From Callorhinchus milii (Eukaryota): DNA of 64,000 nucleotides. The notes beneath the pieces are model-generated. The model made no database searches. It was given only the letters and a program-made list of their open reading frames with translations, and was not told the origin of the DNA. This document shows, one piece after another, positions 25,400 through 41,071 of the stretch. The stretch covers positions 50,160,001 through 50,224,000 of the forward strand of contig NW_024704743.1 in assembly GCF_018977255.1 (NCBI RefSeq), given 5' to 3'. The stretch's first letter is position 1. Each line of letters opens with the position of its first letter. Both the position numbers and the translations under genes were made by a program.

Positions 25400-26280
25400 A
25401 AAATTGGAGCAGTGGCAGAAGGCCCGCTCTCCAATGGTGGGACAGGCGAGGCGGGGGATGTGAAGCAGGCCGGAGCCTGCTGAGTGGGCAGGATGGTAGG
25501 GGGTTAGGAGGTCGCAGAGATGGGAGGGAGCAAGGCCATTGAGGGCTTTGAAGGATCTTCAACTGTATCCTCTGTGTGATGGGAACAACAACAACAAGAT
25601 TCCATTTATAAAGCGCCTTTCACGTCAGGAGGACGTCCCAAGGCGCTGCACAGTTGGGTCATGACCCGAGCAGGGGGGAAATGGTCAGGGTGAGGGGAGG
25701 GAAGGGAGGGAGCGAGGAGGGGGGAAATGGTCAGGGTGAGGGGAGGGAAGGGAGGGAGCGAGGAGGGGGAAGAGAGTCGAGAGGGGAGCTGAAGGCACGG
25801 TCAAAGGGAAGCCAGTGGAGTTGGGTGACGATGGGGGTAATAGGGTTTCAGACCCTGATGTGGGAGAGGACCTGGGCTACAGAGTTCTGGATGATCTACA
25901 GCCTATGGAAGGAGGAGCTGGGGAGGCCAACAAGCAAGGAGTTTGCATAGTCAAGCCTCGATGTTATGAATGCATGAATGAGGGTTTCGTCGGCCTGTGG
26001 TGTTAGACAGTGGTGGAGCCGGGGGACATTGGGGAAGGCAGAGCGGGTCATGGTGCAGATGTGGGGTAGAAAGGATCGTTGAGGGTCAAAGAAGAGACCA
26101 AGGTCCTGGACTGGCTTAGTAAGGTGGAGTGTGAATCCATGGATGGTGATGCTGTGCCTGAGGTGTGGAGGCGCTGACAGCCAATCAGGAGAGCCTCGGT
26201 CTTGTTGACGTTTAACTGAAGAAAGTTAGCTCTCATCCAGGACTTTGTCTGACAGATGTGGGACACAATGTGGGAGCATT
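25400..26280 (-). mobile_element. L2 LINE fragments (older copy with a younger 3' tail at about 25585-25810)
   Basis: Minus ORF KSWMRANFLQLNVNKTEALLIG is L2 RT domain; the tail ends (TTG)n at about 25585. Confidence 0.8.
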
Positions 26281-26794
26281 ATGGGGAAGCAGTTTGGATT
26301 GGTGGCAGCAGCCAAAATGCGCATGCTGAGACGAGAAGCGAACAGCGATGTGGGGGCGGGGGGAGTGGCAGCGAGGTGTGATTAGCCCGCTGGCGAGGAT
26401 CATCATGGGGAGAGGGGGACAATCTTACAGTCCCAGTGAGTCCAAGCTGAGAAATTCAAAGGTGGCGGGTGGATAAATGGCTGGGATAGTTTTTTTTAAG
26501 GAGCAGACTTGAATGAAAATGATTCAAGCCACAGGAGTGAGAGGCGATTGAACAAGTTGGGCTTTGTACTTTGTTTTTAGGAGGTTTTAGTTCTCTGGTT
26601 TTCTCCGGGTGGGGGTGGGGGCTGAACTTAAAGACTGACAATGGTATAACAGGCAGTTCTTTTTGAGGAGATGGAATGGGATGACCTGTTCTGGCAGTGG
26701 ACTTGATGGGTCTTTGAGCCTTTTTGTTTTCTTTCACTTCTATGCATTTCTGTGTGTAATGATAATAATCCTTGCTGAACTGAGATAATAATCC

Positions 26795-27297
26795 TTACTT
26801 TTGATATATCCCTCCACTACCATCCATAAAATCCAGATTATTCAAAACGCTGCTGCCCGCATTCTCACCCGCACCAACCTCCGCTCCCCGATTACCCCAG
26901 TCCTTGCCAGACTGCACTGGCTGCCTGTCCCAGAGAGGATCGATTTCAAGATCCTCACCTTTGTCTTCAAATCCCTCCACTCCTCTGCCCTCCCCACCTC
27001 TCTGACCTCTCCTCAAAACAGTACCCGTTGCCTTCATTCCTCCAGGTCTGGCCTCCTCCTTGTCCCCCCGAGTCCTCCGCTCCACTCTCGGCGGCCGTGC
27101 CTTCTGGAACTCACTCCCTTCGCCTCGCCCCCTCTCTTCCTATTTTCAGGTCTCTGCTGAAGACCTTTCTTTTCGACCGCGCCTTTGGTCACCTTCCTCC
27201 CCCTCCCCCTGGCTCGGCACCGGGATCTGTTACTGTGAAGCGCTCTGAGACGACACCCTGCGTGGAGGGCACTATATAAATCCAAGTTGTTGTTGTA
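26795..27297 (+). mobile_element. L2-clade LINE 3' fragment
   Basis: IQIIQNAAARILTRTNLRSPITPVLARLHWLPVPERIDFKILTFVFKSLH is the classic L2 ORF2 C-terminus; tail ends ATAAATCCAAG(TTG)n. Confidence 0.9.
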
Positions 27298-28392
27298 GCG
27301 CCTCATCACGCCATTGAGACTTCTCAAAGCGCTTCACAGAATATACTGTAAAGTGAATTGACTGTATATTTTGTGGGCGAAACGCGGCAGCCAATTGAAT
27401 GTTCAATATGTATGTTTATACATCTGTAATAAGTAGGAGTGCATTACCAGCTTGCACAGTACACCAAAATAGGACTTCAAACTGCTTATTGTTACCTTAG
27501 CTTTATGAGCTCATTTCCCTCTGTGCTGGTATTGTCTTTACCTGTGAGGACACTGGGAGGGAGCAGGCAATCGCTTGGCTAAGGTGGAATGTTTTGGACT
27601 ATGTGTCTGCCTGTTTCTATGGATTTGATTAATGAAGTCAGGAATTGAAGCCCACTTTACCAGACTCCCCACTGTATAACCTTGGAAGCATCTGCAGCAG
27701 ATGACTTCGCTACAGGGAGGAAGTTGTGCCAGAGGGGCTCGTTGCCCAATTCCAATGGATAGTATGATCTCTAAATAGGCATGTGTACAGTCATGAAAGT
27801 TCCACTTGATATTCTGTTCAGTGTTTGTTGCTCAGTGCTTACTTTTTTGTTTTAATATGCACTATCCAACAACTGACCATTAATTAAGCACATTGTAACG
27901 CCTTTTTTGGAAAATAAACATATTGAAGTGTTTAATGTTAAAGTGGTGCATGTGCTTAATGTTTTTGTGTTTCTGTACTTATCCTTATGTGCTGTACACT
28001 TCTCTTTTATAGAATGTGTCCAACCTCTAGTTACAGGAGGGGCAGTAGTAAAGGTTACAGAAGGGCCCACTACGTCTATGTGCAGCTGCTCCTGGTAGAT
28101 CTCCATCAATGCCAGATATCTCTGGTACTGTATTCGGTGTAGGGTACCAGCTGCCACTTGTTCAGGGTTACAGGGTGGCAGATCTGATTATGCTGAGCAG
28201 CCAACCCTCTGTGTTGTGAATGCCAACTTCTCCCACAAAATAATGGTCCCAGTCCCAATCTACATTTCTACTGTAAAGATTTGGGCTCTTGCAATTTTGA
28301 TGCTGTATTCAGTCACAATTTTTGTTAAACTGTAATTCAGTTCCTGCTTTCTGTGAGGGAGAGGATTATAAAGTGAAGCGTTGTTCTTTTGA

Positions 28393-28623
<231 letters not shown>

Positions 28624-29124
28624 TGACCATTTTAAAGCTGCTTGTTTTCTGTCTATGCCTTTTAAAACCTATCGAACAAATGGTGCAAGAGGTTTTAAAA
28701 AGCATCCTGAAACATTTGTGTTTAGTAAGCAGTAAAATAATTGAAAATGGACTGATTGTTAAAATTAGGCATATTTTATACTTGTGACAATCCATTACAC
28801 TCAAGTGCTTGGAGTGTATCTGAGTGTGAATGCTTTTGAGTGTATTTAAAAGTATAAATGTTATCTTAGAAATACTGGCATCTGCTCATTCTATTCTAAC
28901 ATTTCTTCAGGCTAGTAATTTTCAAATAGAACCTTTGTTGTACGATTTGAGAAGAATTAAGGTATAAATGCTTAATTTGTAGTCATTTAATTAAATTATG
29001 AGTAGTATTTAAATTGGTTCAGTAGTGTGGATGATGTAAATATTTACACTTGTTTAAGTAGTGGACTTGTTTGCATTGAATCCAGAAGATAAAGTGAATT
29101 TGACACAATTGAATTGTGTTGTAG

Positions 29125-29198
29125 GAACCCTTGAGCTAATTGATGTTTCATCTGAGTTGCCGGGGTTAAAAAGGATGCCTGGATTAACGTCATGGAAG
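29125..29198 (+). CDS. NSUN2: NSUN2 exon 10
   Basis: (G)TLELIDVSSELPGLKRMPGLTSWK; TAG/GTAGT. Confidence 0.94.
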
Positions 29199-29722
29199 GT
29201 AGTTCTTTAATTGACTTGTGATTTGATTCAGTTCTGCAAAACAATTTCACAGTCTTCTGCTCCAGCCTGGGAATCCTCCGTTGGGCTCACTGTTGGCTAT
29301 CCAGGAGCAGCCACCCCGGCTGCACCATCCCCCATTTCCTCCGCAAGGCCCACCGGCCCCAGACCCCAGGGCAAACCTTCCCTCCCTCATCCCTGTCAAT
29401 CCTCCCCCTCCCACTACCCCCTCGTCTCGCTCTTTCCTCTGCCAATCGCATTGCCCTACAAATTTGTTGTTGTATTCCCTTTCTTTTTGCCGCCTCCTCT
29501 TCCCAGACCAGCCAGTGTTTTATTAAGCAGTATTTGCTTCACTATACAAGAATACTGTATTTTACTGTGTTAAACCTTGTGGTACAGTCCATTTTGGAAT
29601 TGTGAATGAATCTGGAATTAATTTTGGAATTGTATCTGATTGGAAGTAGTGTGACATGACAGTCGCCTGCTTCATTCCTGATGTAGAGGCTTCTTGACCT
29701 GTGTGTTACATTAGACTACTAA

Positions 29723-29926
<204 letters not shown>

Positions 29927-30620
29927 TAACGTGATTAATACATTTTATAAGTGATTTTTATATATAATATCACTACTTGTAGTTTTGAATTGCAGAGCCG
30001 TTTAAGATGTGAATGTTTCATGCATGTTTTACTTAACTTCACCTGAATCGCATTTAGAAGATAACATTTACAAACTATTTTTACAAATTTTGTCCGTGCT
30101 GGTTCTTTGAAAGAATAACCCCATTCAGGCCCATTTACCTACCTTTTCTCCAAACCCTTGGAAATTGTACCTTTTAAAATATCAATTTGTGTTGACAATT
30201 TGAAATAATTAAAACATTTTGCATATCCTTAATCACGTTAACTAAGGTCACTTATAAATGTGATGAGGATAGTTTGTGAAGACATCTTATTTTTAATGTG
30301 TATCTAAAAGCTTCCCTGGGCTTGTCATGGTTCTGATATAAACCTCTGATTGCTTTCTTTTTGCCTTTTCCCCCCTCATGTGTAGTATTTTTTATTTGGC
30401 TATAAAATATCTGGAAATGAATTCTTGGAGCAGTTTATTATTGCCGAGCTACAAATATAGAAAGATGTTGATAGAAATATAGAAAAATAATGTGATTTGT
30501 AATTTGACATTTGCATGATCAAACCTGAAATGAAGGGAAAGTGCACCACATAGCAGAGTTCTAATTATACTCAAGCTATGTTATGATTTGTAGTGCAAAC
30601 GAGAAGGATTGTGTATATGA

Positions 30621-30782
<162 letters not shown>

Positions 30783-32188
30783 TAAAATCTGCTCCCACTA
30801 ATAATCCCACTATATCCTTGATTTGCAAAGGTTGGCAGATGGCTGCTGATTGCATTCTGACTTTGCTGTTGCACTGCCCACAGACAGATCGGAAAAGTGG
30901 ATCACCTTGGTTTATTTTCCCTGTCTCCTCGATGAAAGGAAGTCTTTTTGTTTACCTGCCACTGAGGTTCAAACAGCTTGTGCTAAAAGGCAACCATCAG
31001 ACTTGCTGAACACTGTATGGTGATTGTAAATGCATCAAAGTAATATTCAGGTAGATTAAATTTGGGAACAGTTTTAGAATGGGACTTGGTCTGTACATAA
31101 GTTTCGAAATTGGTTGGAATACAACTCCAAATAAAATAACTTCAAATTATCAGAAAGCCCTGTATAAATCTGCCATGTTGATATGTTTGGGAGCTGTCTG
31201 AGATTTGTGTTCCAATAAGGATACTTAACAGTGAGATGTGTGATTTTTGAATGCCTAATCCAATGCTTATTTTCGCCTGATGTTACCAAGAGTAGATATA
31301 ATGTGTATGGGTGACTGGTCCTAGATTCTTTCCCTTTCTCCTTCCCTATAGTCAAGTCCTTAAACTCACTTCACTGCCTCCATATGATAGGATGATCCAT
31401 GGAAGTACTCCACTGTTATTTAACATGGTGAAACAAATCCAATAAAACAGAAGTTAAATTTTTGATAGTTGATTGGAAAGACAAAAACTTGCATTTGAAT
31501 GCGTCAGCCTGGCTCAGATTGTAGCACTCTTATCTCACAATCAGAACGTTGTGGGTTCAAGCCCAAGGTCGGGTCTTAAAATCATATGGTCTAAGCTGGC
31601 ACTCTGATGCAGTGCTGGTGGGTACATTGTTAGAGGTGCCATCCTTCGGATGAGACATTAATCCGAGGTCCTGTCTGGCTATCCATGGGGACATTCCTAT
31701 GGCACAATTGAAGAGAAAAGGGAATTTCTCCTACTATCCCATCCCAATATTCCCCCAAATAAAATTGTCCACTCATGCAATGACTGTTTGTGGGCAGACA
31801 GTCACACCACTTTAAAGTATATCCAGTGAATTGCTTTCAGATGTCTCAATGACTTGGTAAGGCTCTATATCAAATGCAAGGCTTATTTTTATATAGTTCT
31901 ATTCACACAATAAGACTGGGCTTGATCGATCAAACACCTTTTTCTTTCCGGTCCATTCTTGTCTTTTTCGCCTAACAGTAAATGTTAATAAGTTATACAT
32001 TTTAAAGCATAGTCTTGCACAAATGGATGGTTGAAGATAGTGGTTCTGAATAGTTGAAGAGTCAAGTCTTGATGAATAATAAAATCCACACTTAGTTCTT
32101 TCATGTTGGAAAGAAGTGAGACAGAACCATACAAGCATTTATCTGAGGGGTAGGGTACATTAATATCCTTAATGTGTATTTGTGGCAG

Positions 32189-32322
32189 TGGAGACACAAA
32201 ACAGCAGCAGTTGATGGGGTATTGGTTGCTGCTACTGAAAAAGGAGATACTGAAATAATGGATCAAACTAAAGAACCCGAGGACAGTGAGGAATCATCTG
32301 CTGGTAAAGATAGAATTTGTTG
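32189..32322 (+). CDS. NSUN2: NSUN2 exon 13 (poorly conserved linker)
   Basis: WRHKTAAVDGVLVAATEKGDTEIMDQTKEPEDSEESSAGKDRIC. CAG acceptor and GTAAGT donor; phases 0/2 exactly bridge exons 12 and 14. The acceptor position is less certain. Confidence 0.78.
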
Positions 32323-32557
32323 GTAAGTAATATCACCAACAAATAATCACTACAGTAAAATCCTGTGAAGGGCATTGAGACGGTTCCATGACCTATTAAG
32401 GTTCAATATCAAATGCAAAGATTGTTATGTATGTAATATTGAATGCTAAAAAGGTAATGCAAAACTTGTATACAAATTAGTTAGAACATTGCATTCAATA
32501 TTAGCCACTCCACTTAGGAAAGACATCAAGGTGATAGAGGGGATGCGGAGGAGATTT

Positions 32558-32910
32558 ACAACAACAACATTCCACTTATTGAGCGCCTTTCACGTCGGGA
32601 AGTCGTCCCAAGGCGCTGTACAGTTGGGTCAGGACCCGAGCAAGAGGGAAATGGTCAGGGTGAGGGGAGGGAAGGGAGGGAGTGAGGAGGGGGTAGAGAG
32701 TCGAGAGGGGAGCTGAAGGCACGGTCAAAGAGAAAGGTCTTGAGACCGGCCTTGAAGGAGGAAAGGGAGGAGGCGGCGAAGGCACTGGGGGATAGAGTTC
32801 CAGAGCCTCGGGGCTGAGAGGCTGAAGGCCCGGCCACCGATAGTAGGGCGGTTGGGGCGGGGGGTGTGGATTTACTTGGATAATACTGGGGGTGAGTGGT
32901 TTGGCCTATG
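32558..32910 (-). mobile_element. L2 LINE 3' fragment inserted into a CR1 remnant (about 32450-33320)
   Basis: Minus strand gives SFKAGLKTFLFDRAF and a (TTG)n tail. The flanks carry CR1 3' motifs (GGAAAGACATCAAG...GAGGAGATTTAC; GACATGCTAGAGGTCTTT). Confidence 0.75.
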
Positions 32911-34005
32911 AGCAGAGACTGGAGGAACTGTGACTTCTTCCATTGAATCAAAGAAGGCTGAGGAGTGACATGCTAGAGGTCTTTTGAAAAATAAAGAGAT
33001 TGATAGTCAATAGGGGGAAATTATTTCCACTGGTCAGTTGAGTGTGTGATTGGAGAGCATTAATTTAAGATGGCAGGCAAATCAGCAAATAGGGAGATTA
33101 GGAGAATCATTTTTCTCACACATTAATTAGGATATGGAATGACCTTCCGGAAGTGGTGGTTGAAGCAGAATCTATATTAGCTTCTGAGATAAATTTTCCA
33201 GATAAATACCGTTAAAATGAGTCAGGTACAAGGATATGGGGAAAGGGCAAGAAAATATGACTGAAAGGATTGCTCTTAAAGGAACTGACACAGACATGAT
33301 GGAATGACCTTCTGTGCTGTAAATGTCTGGTTCTAAAGGCACCCCAAGCATTTGCATCAGTATTATCTGTCTTTTGAATACTTTTAATCCAGTGGTGTTT
33401 TTGAGGTAGTCTAGAGCACTTGAAAACTACCTTCCTCTTCTCCAGACTTGCTCCATATAAATGTAGATCTTAATTTAGAGCTTGCAAGTTTTCAGATGTG
33501 TATGGGTGCACTGATACCTAATGTCAGAGAGTGACTTTTTTTTTAAAACAAGTGTGAATTGCTTTAAGATGGCCTATGTGAGTGATCTTAAAGAAATGGA
33601 TTCCTCAGATTTTTGGTCCCTAAGATGTTTTAGTGAGTCCAGCTGCTTTTAAACTGTTTATAAAATGGTTCTTTTAAGGTTGGGACGATCTCCGGACATG
33701 AAAGGCGCTAAACAAATGTAATCTTGTTGTTGTTCTTTTGCACAAAATTAGATTGTAGTTTAGTGCACTGGGGCGCCAGAGGCATATGGCAGACTTGGAG
33801 TTTACCTGTTGTACTGATCTCAACCTTGGTTCAGTGACCAGATGTTTCCACACAGTTGGAGAAGTGTGGTATGTGTTTGCTATTCTGACCTGCCTCCTGG
33901 GTATTGCTCCAGAATAGCATTGACAATGGTCTGGAGGAAAGATAATCCCAATTTATTTTGTATAAAAAATCTACTTGCTTTTTATCTCTCTTTTGCTGAT
34001 TCTAG

Positions 34006-34200
<195 letters not shown>

Positions 34201-35666
34201 TAAGAACTTTTTAGACCTGCAGGTCTTATTTTCATTGTGAAAAACTGAACTACTCTTGGAGTTGTGTCCATTTTTATTGCTGCTTTAGGCTTGCCTGACA
34301 GTGTATCTTGTTGGGACTGATGCACAAAGCCAAAGTAACCTAGAGCTGGGTGTACTAACTCTTTGCAGCCTGTAAATCCTTACATGTATTAATTTTGAGT
34401 GTCCTAGTACATTATTGTGTTAGTTTTCTGATAGATTTAGTCTCCAGTCCAAATAAACTACTTCACAATTTTATAGGGTAGAATTGTATTTTTATTTCAG
34501 TAAGATGCACAATGAAGCTTACAGTTTTCCCTGTCCCCTCAGGTAATAGGCTTGCTGCATTTCCCCTACCCTCTCTGTGCCACCATCGGTGGACAAGCCT
34601 TTGGTCACTATGCTCCTAACCTGTCGAATTCTGTCTCTCCCTCCGCCACCCACAATCCCCCTCATCTTTAAATCACACCTTAAGATCTACCTAGTGATCT
34701 GAGCCTGCACTTGGATGTGATTGACCTCTGTTAATTGTGTAAGGTTGTGGTGTTGTGCAGGAGTTCACCAAAATATACTGCATATGTAATAATAATAATA
34801 TTATTATTATATGTGTAACCCGAGGGTTATGCCATTTTTTTTTTAAAAAGCCCTGCTTTTGATCTGGCTTGTCCAATGAATTTTACACAAGTGTAAATAC
34901 CATCAGTGTGATCCGTATTGGGCTCGCCTGATCTTTATTCTTATCACCTATATTGTCCTGGCTGCCATAAGATTTGTTTGTATAAGATAAACAATTTTTA
35001 TGAAAAAACGTAATGGATACATTTTTTATGTGTATGTGGAGCAACAACCTGCATGTCATGGATATATTTATATATTTTTAAAGAAGAAATTACAGTAAAC
35101 TGCACATCAGTAATTCAGTTGTAGTTTTATGACCTTCAGAAGATTTCTGCATTTCCAATCGCATGCTCTTTTACCTCAGAACTGTTGGATTGTCTTGTAA
35201 CTGCTAGCCATCTATAATCTTGTGTTGTCGAATTTAATCTGCTGCTTGATCTGGTGAATTAATTGTCTTTGTGCATTGGTGAAGAAGACATGGTCCAGAT
35301 GAATTGCTAATCCTTTTTGTGCAGATGTATGCCAATTATGGCACATTGATGTATCTCCCGTGGAACACTTAATGGTGCTTAGAAGACTTTATAGGCACAG
35401 TTTTCAATTTGTATGATGTCTAGTTCGTTGATTTAATGTAAATGACTTTACATCAGATTATAACTAATCAAGCTAAGGGAGTACAATAACTTACAGGCTG
35501 CATTTGGGGTAAGGATTTTTCTAATTAGTTCAGATATTTAAAACTTGCTGGCCATGTTAATGTCTTATAATAACATTTTTAGATGGCTTTGACTGCTTCT
35601 TGGTTTCTGTTACCCTATTTGTCGTTTGTTTTACATCCTTGCTAAATTTTATAAAATGACAAATGA

Positions 35667-35876
<210 letters not shown>

Positions 35877-36031
35877 TGAAGTGATCAATAATAAATGGTA
35901 TTATTTTACCATTGCTAATGCAGAAAGAAAAGTGAATGTATTTTTGATCTGTTAATTGCTGAGCTTTTGTTAATGCTGGCTTCTTGTTTCATTCATGAAG
36001 ACTACTGCAATAGCTTGCTTCATCTTTCTAG

Positions 36032-36169
<138 letters not shown>

Positions 36170-36474
36170 TGACCATAACAACACTTACAACTTTCATTTG
36201 CAATTCCTTTGATGTTTTATGTTGTGATAGAATCTTACAATATAGAAGGAACCGTTTGACCCATTATGTCAACGCTGGTGCAATCTCCCTGAATAGAGCT
36301 GTTTGCTCTAATCCTAATCTGCTCTTTCCCTGTGCTGAGTTTTTTTAACAAAATGGGAAAACAAACTTCTTTATTTTGAAAGTGAAGTTTTTAAACAAAG
36401 GCATTTTCAGATCACAAACTTAAAATCTAGTATCTATAGTTTATCTGAAAAGTAAAAGCTCTTTGTTTTGTCTT

Positions 36475-36941
36475 TACCCTGTGCCAGGCTCCGTGACCCT
36501 ATCATCTCCATCCTAGCTCCCCATCCCCCAGAGGATCGAGTTCAAAATCCTTGTCCTCGCCTTCAAAGCCCTCCAGGGCCTTGTTCCTCTCTACCTTTGT
36601 GGCCTGCTAACTCCACATTGACCTGCCTGTTCCCTCTGCTTAGCAGACTCTGGCCTGCTCCACACCCCTGGCCCGCCCCACCATCAGCGGTCGGCCCTTC
36701 AGTCTCTATTCCCCTACCCTTGGAACTCCATTCCAGTCCCTTCGTCTTGCTCCCTCCCTTGCCTCTTTCAAGGCATGTCTGAAGACCCTCCTCTTCGACT
36801 GCACCTTCAGTCACCCTCTTATCCTCACTGCCCTCCATCCCTCCTGATCCCAACCTCCTGCTGGGGTCCAAATTCCTGATTGTTCAGTGCCTTGAGACGT
36901 CCTTCCAATATAAAAGGTCTATTTAAATACAAGTTGTTGTT
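36475..36941 (+). mobile_element. L2 LINE 3' fragment
   Basis: CAGAGGATCGAGTTCAAAATCCTTGTCCTC...; ends AAGTTGTTGT. Confidence 0.8.
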
Positions 36942-37387
36942 ACTTTAGCCTAGTATCAGTTGCATTGTCTGCAAATTTCATATGCGGCAGTTTACAGAGC
37001 CAGTGAATTCAGTGAAAAAGTGTGTTCTCCTTTAACTACCATGGAATTTATCTATTCCAAGAAACACAAACAGTACTTGTTCATTCCTATCATGTCCATA
37101 TGGCTTGTCCATTCAGACTAAAATAAATTATTGAAAGCACCACAATTTGCACTTGCATAGAATCTTGGAGGCATAATTTCAGATTGAATTCTTGTACCTG
37201 TAATATGAATTGTCCGAGCCAGGCTTGGCACAAGATAGTAAGATATTCTCTATTGAGTATTTTTAACAGCAATCCTGTGCTGTCAATGTGTGACTATTAT
37301 GTGTAGTACTGTAGTAAATGGAAAGTCTTTGAAGTCTTTGGCTCTTGAGTTTTAAGTTGATAAAAATGAAATGATTTGCACCTTTAG

Positions 37388-37579
<192 letters not shown>

Positions 37580-39122
37580 TGAACAAAAGAAACCTTGTGT
37601 ATTATAAGGTGTATGTGTATAGTATGTTGCTGAGCATTGCATGTCACTTTGTTACTTGACGGCAGAGAATTTATGGATGTAATACATGTGAAGTGTGCAC
37701 TAACCCCAGTGCAAAATGTAGCTAATGTAAATGGTTCATTTTGAAATGAACTAGATGGGTAAGTGTAACCCACTGTACCTAGTAATTCCTGATGCATTTA
37801 CGCCTTAAATTCAGGTTGGCTGTTCACAGAAAATGGGCATTATTTGAAATTGTCATTCACACTGCAGTGCTCAGCAGGTGAAAGCCAGTAAATTGAAGTG
37901 ACTAAGTTACATGGGCAAAACCTGCCAAGGGCCATTTTTATTGCTCCAGTGCTAAAACAACGTGTTCTCTGCTTTTACTGCTTATTTTGGCTCCCTAGAG
38001 CTTACTAACCTAACCTGGATTTCCACTTAAATATTTGAGTGAGACTTTTTTTATTTTAGATGCTGTTGGAATCCGAACCAATGCATTATCATAAATGCTT
38101 ACAGCAACTAAAAACAACTGCATGGAACTCCATGAATATAAATTTATAGCCTTGGCACATTTTATTTAAGGCACTTCCTGTGTTTATCCACTGCTAAGTT
38201 TGTCCTCTATTGATGCTGAACCTGTGAAATTATTGATACAGACACGGTATAAAATACGTTTATAAGGAAATCTTCCACACATGGCTCTATTCCAGATGCA
38301 TTTGAGATTTGATTTTAGATTAATTCAACAATTTACATTTATATAGCACTCTTCACGTGAAGCATTATCTATTTACAGGCCTGTAGTATTTAATTTGAAA
38401 TAGTATTTTCATCTTCTGTTGACTTAACAATTGGAGCTGCTGGTTTTTTTTCTTTACAGTGTGATAGCCATAACTTCTTCGCAGGTGGGAGCATTTTCTT
38501 TATACACACCCCAAACGTGAGGTGTTGTGCTATTGTTTCCTGATGTCTTCAGTAAGATAGAGAGCCAGACTGAAAATGCCCTTTCTGGTGTGATTATAAA
38601 TCTGACCAAATTCAATATTTTAAGTGTGCAACAGGGGTAAATTTTAATTGTATATAGATTTATGTATTCTGTTCCAAATAAGTTATGATCCACAGCTTGT
38701 CAAAATTGAACACCATACGTAGTTTTTGTACATTACCTATTTTCAATGTTGCTGGAGATTTCAAACCGTATATTTCTATACAGCATACAATGTCTGTCCA
38801 GCACAGACACATTGGGTCGAATGGCTTCCTTCTATTTGGTATGATTCTATAAATAGTATGAAGTTTCTGAAAATCCTACTGAAGATGTAATGTGTAGTTC
38901 ATCTTTGAAAACTTTGTTTTGATGGCCAATGGTTCAGAAGCCAGTAAATTGAAGTGGTTGTTCTCCAATTGCGGTTTAATGGACATAAGAAATATTAGAC
39001 GAAAGAAGACCAAGTGCAGCGGTTGCATGCACATATGTTCCAAACTACCTATGTACTATATCCCATAATGTTATTTCAACTATGGAGTTTATCAACTGAG
39101 AACATATTCCCTTCTCTTTCAG

Positions 39123-39162
39123 TTATGGGGAGCATTGTGCTGAAATATGAACCGGATCCATT
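39123..39162 (+). CDS. NSUN2: NSUN2 exon 18 (40 bp)
   Basis: (V)MGSIVLKYEPDP(L); pyrimidine tract + CAG acceptor and GTGAGT donor. Confidence 0.92.
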
Positions 39163-39839
39163 GTGAGTCTCAAATTACTTTGCAGTCATGCTAGTTTGCA
39201 GTATTAAATTAGATTTGTTCAATAGAATCGTTCAAAAAGACACTAGATAAGCAGTAAAACCACAGCAGTTCATAGCAGTAATTATAAACAGTTCGCTCAC
39301 AAAATACACATCACTTTACAGCATGTCCTGTGAATTGCTTTAAGACTTCTCAATGACCAAATGTAAGAATTATTATTAAAAGTATTACAAGATGTGAAGA
39401 AGAACTGAAAGTGGGATTGATAATAAAAATTGATAACCTAACAGTGGTACATACAACATGGGTTCAATCCTGTGGATGGCACATTTCTGTAAGTACTTTT
39501 TTTCCAACGAAAGTTAACTCCAATCCACGTATCATTAATGGCTACATTCTAGAAAACAATATATTTTTCATAAGTAGGCTGTAGTCTCAAATCAAGTTAA
39601 TTATCTTATATTTAGATTGACGTCCTGGCTTTCCTTTTCCTGGACCCTGACCTCCAATATATCTTCTGTGCAGTGAAGTTAGCTCGCTGGTCTTAACTAA
39701 TCATATTGTAAGGATCAGAACGTTGGATGTAACAGAGTATTTGGATGGGTCAGGTCTTTATTTCAATAAAGAGGTCTGGAGTGCTTGTCAACAGATATCC
39801 AAAAGTTATCGTAACAAAAATGTGACCACCTGGAAATGA

Positions 39840-40373
<534 letters not shown>

Positions 40374-41065
40374 AAAGAGTTGCGGATCACTGCATGGACT
40401 GATTGACATTACAGCACTGACCTTGAGTGGTCCTGTAATGAAGTGCTCAATGTCGAGGGCAGATAGTTTGAAATGGGGAATATTCCCTGAAACACTAGCT
40501 GTTCGGTGTACATGCACTCAGTCCTTTAGACACACGGGCTTCAAACAATTACTTAAGATCTGTCGATCTTTTGCAGGTGTTTATGAAAAAATCTCATAAT
40601 TGACCACTTTAATTTCAGTAATGTGTCATCTAAAAGTAACTGATATGTTTGGCAGAGGTATTGCCTTCATGCAAAAGGTGACCAATTACTTATGGCACGT
40701 AGAATAGCTGTCAATCGCTCACAAGTGATGCAGTAAATGTGATATACATTGTTGGATTGTACATTTTGCTAACCCTATCATGAAGATTGTACCTCGGCAT
40801 TTGCAGTTTCTAACCTATTTGGTGCCTTTTTATGCTTCTAGCAGAGCATTTTTTTTATATAAACTTTTGTAAATCCCTTGCCTTGAAAATGGCTAAAAGA
40901 TTTTACAGTATGACTTTTGAACCTTTTATTTTAAAGCTGTTTTATTTAAAATTCTGAAAACCATGTATTTAAAGCTTACAGAAATACCAAAAGGGAACTG
41001 TTCTGAATGTCATCAAAATTGGTTACAAATACTGTAAAGAATATCCGATGTCCTGCTGAGATACC

Positions 41066-41071
41066 AATAAA
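41066..41071 (+). terminator. Probable NSUN2 polyadenylation signal
   Basis: AATAAA about 700 nt after the stop, followed about 17 nt later by the GU-rich TGTTGGTGTGTGTATTTT. A SINE begins shortly after. Confidence 0.6.
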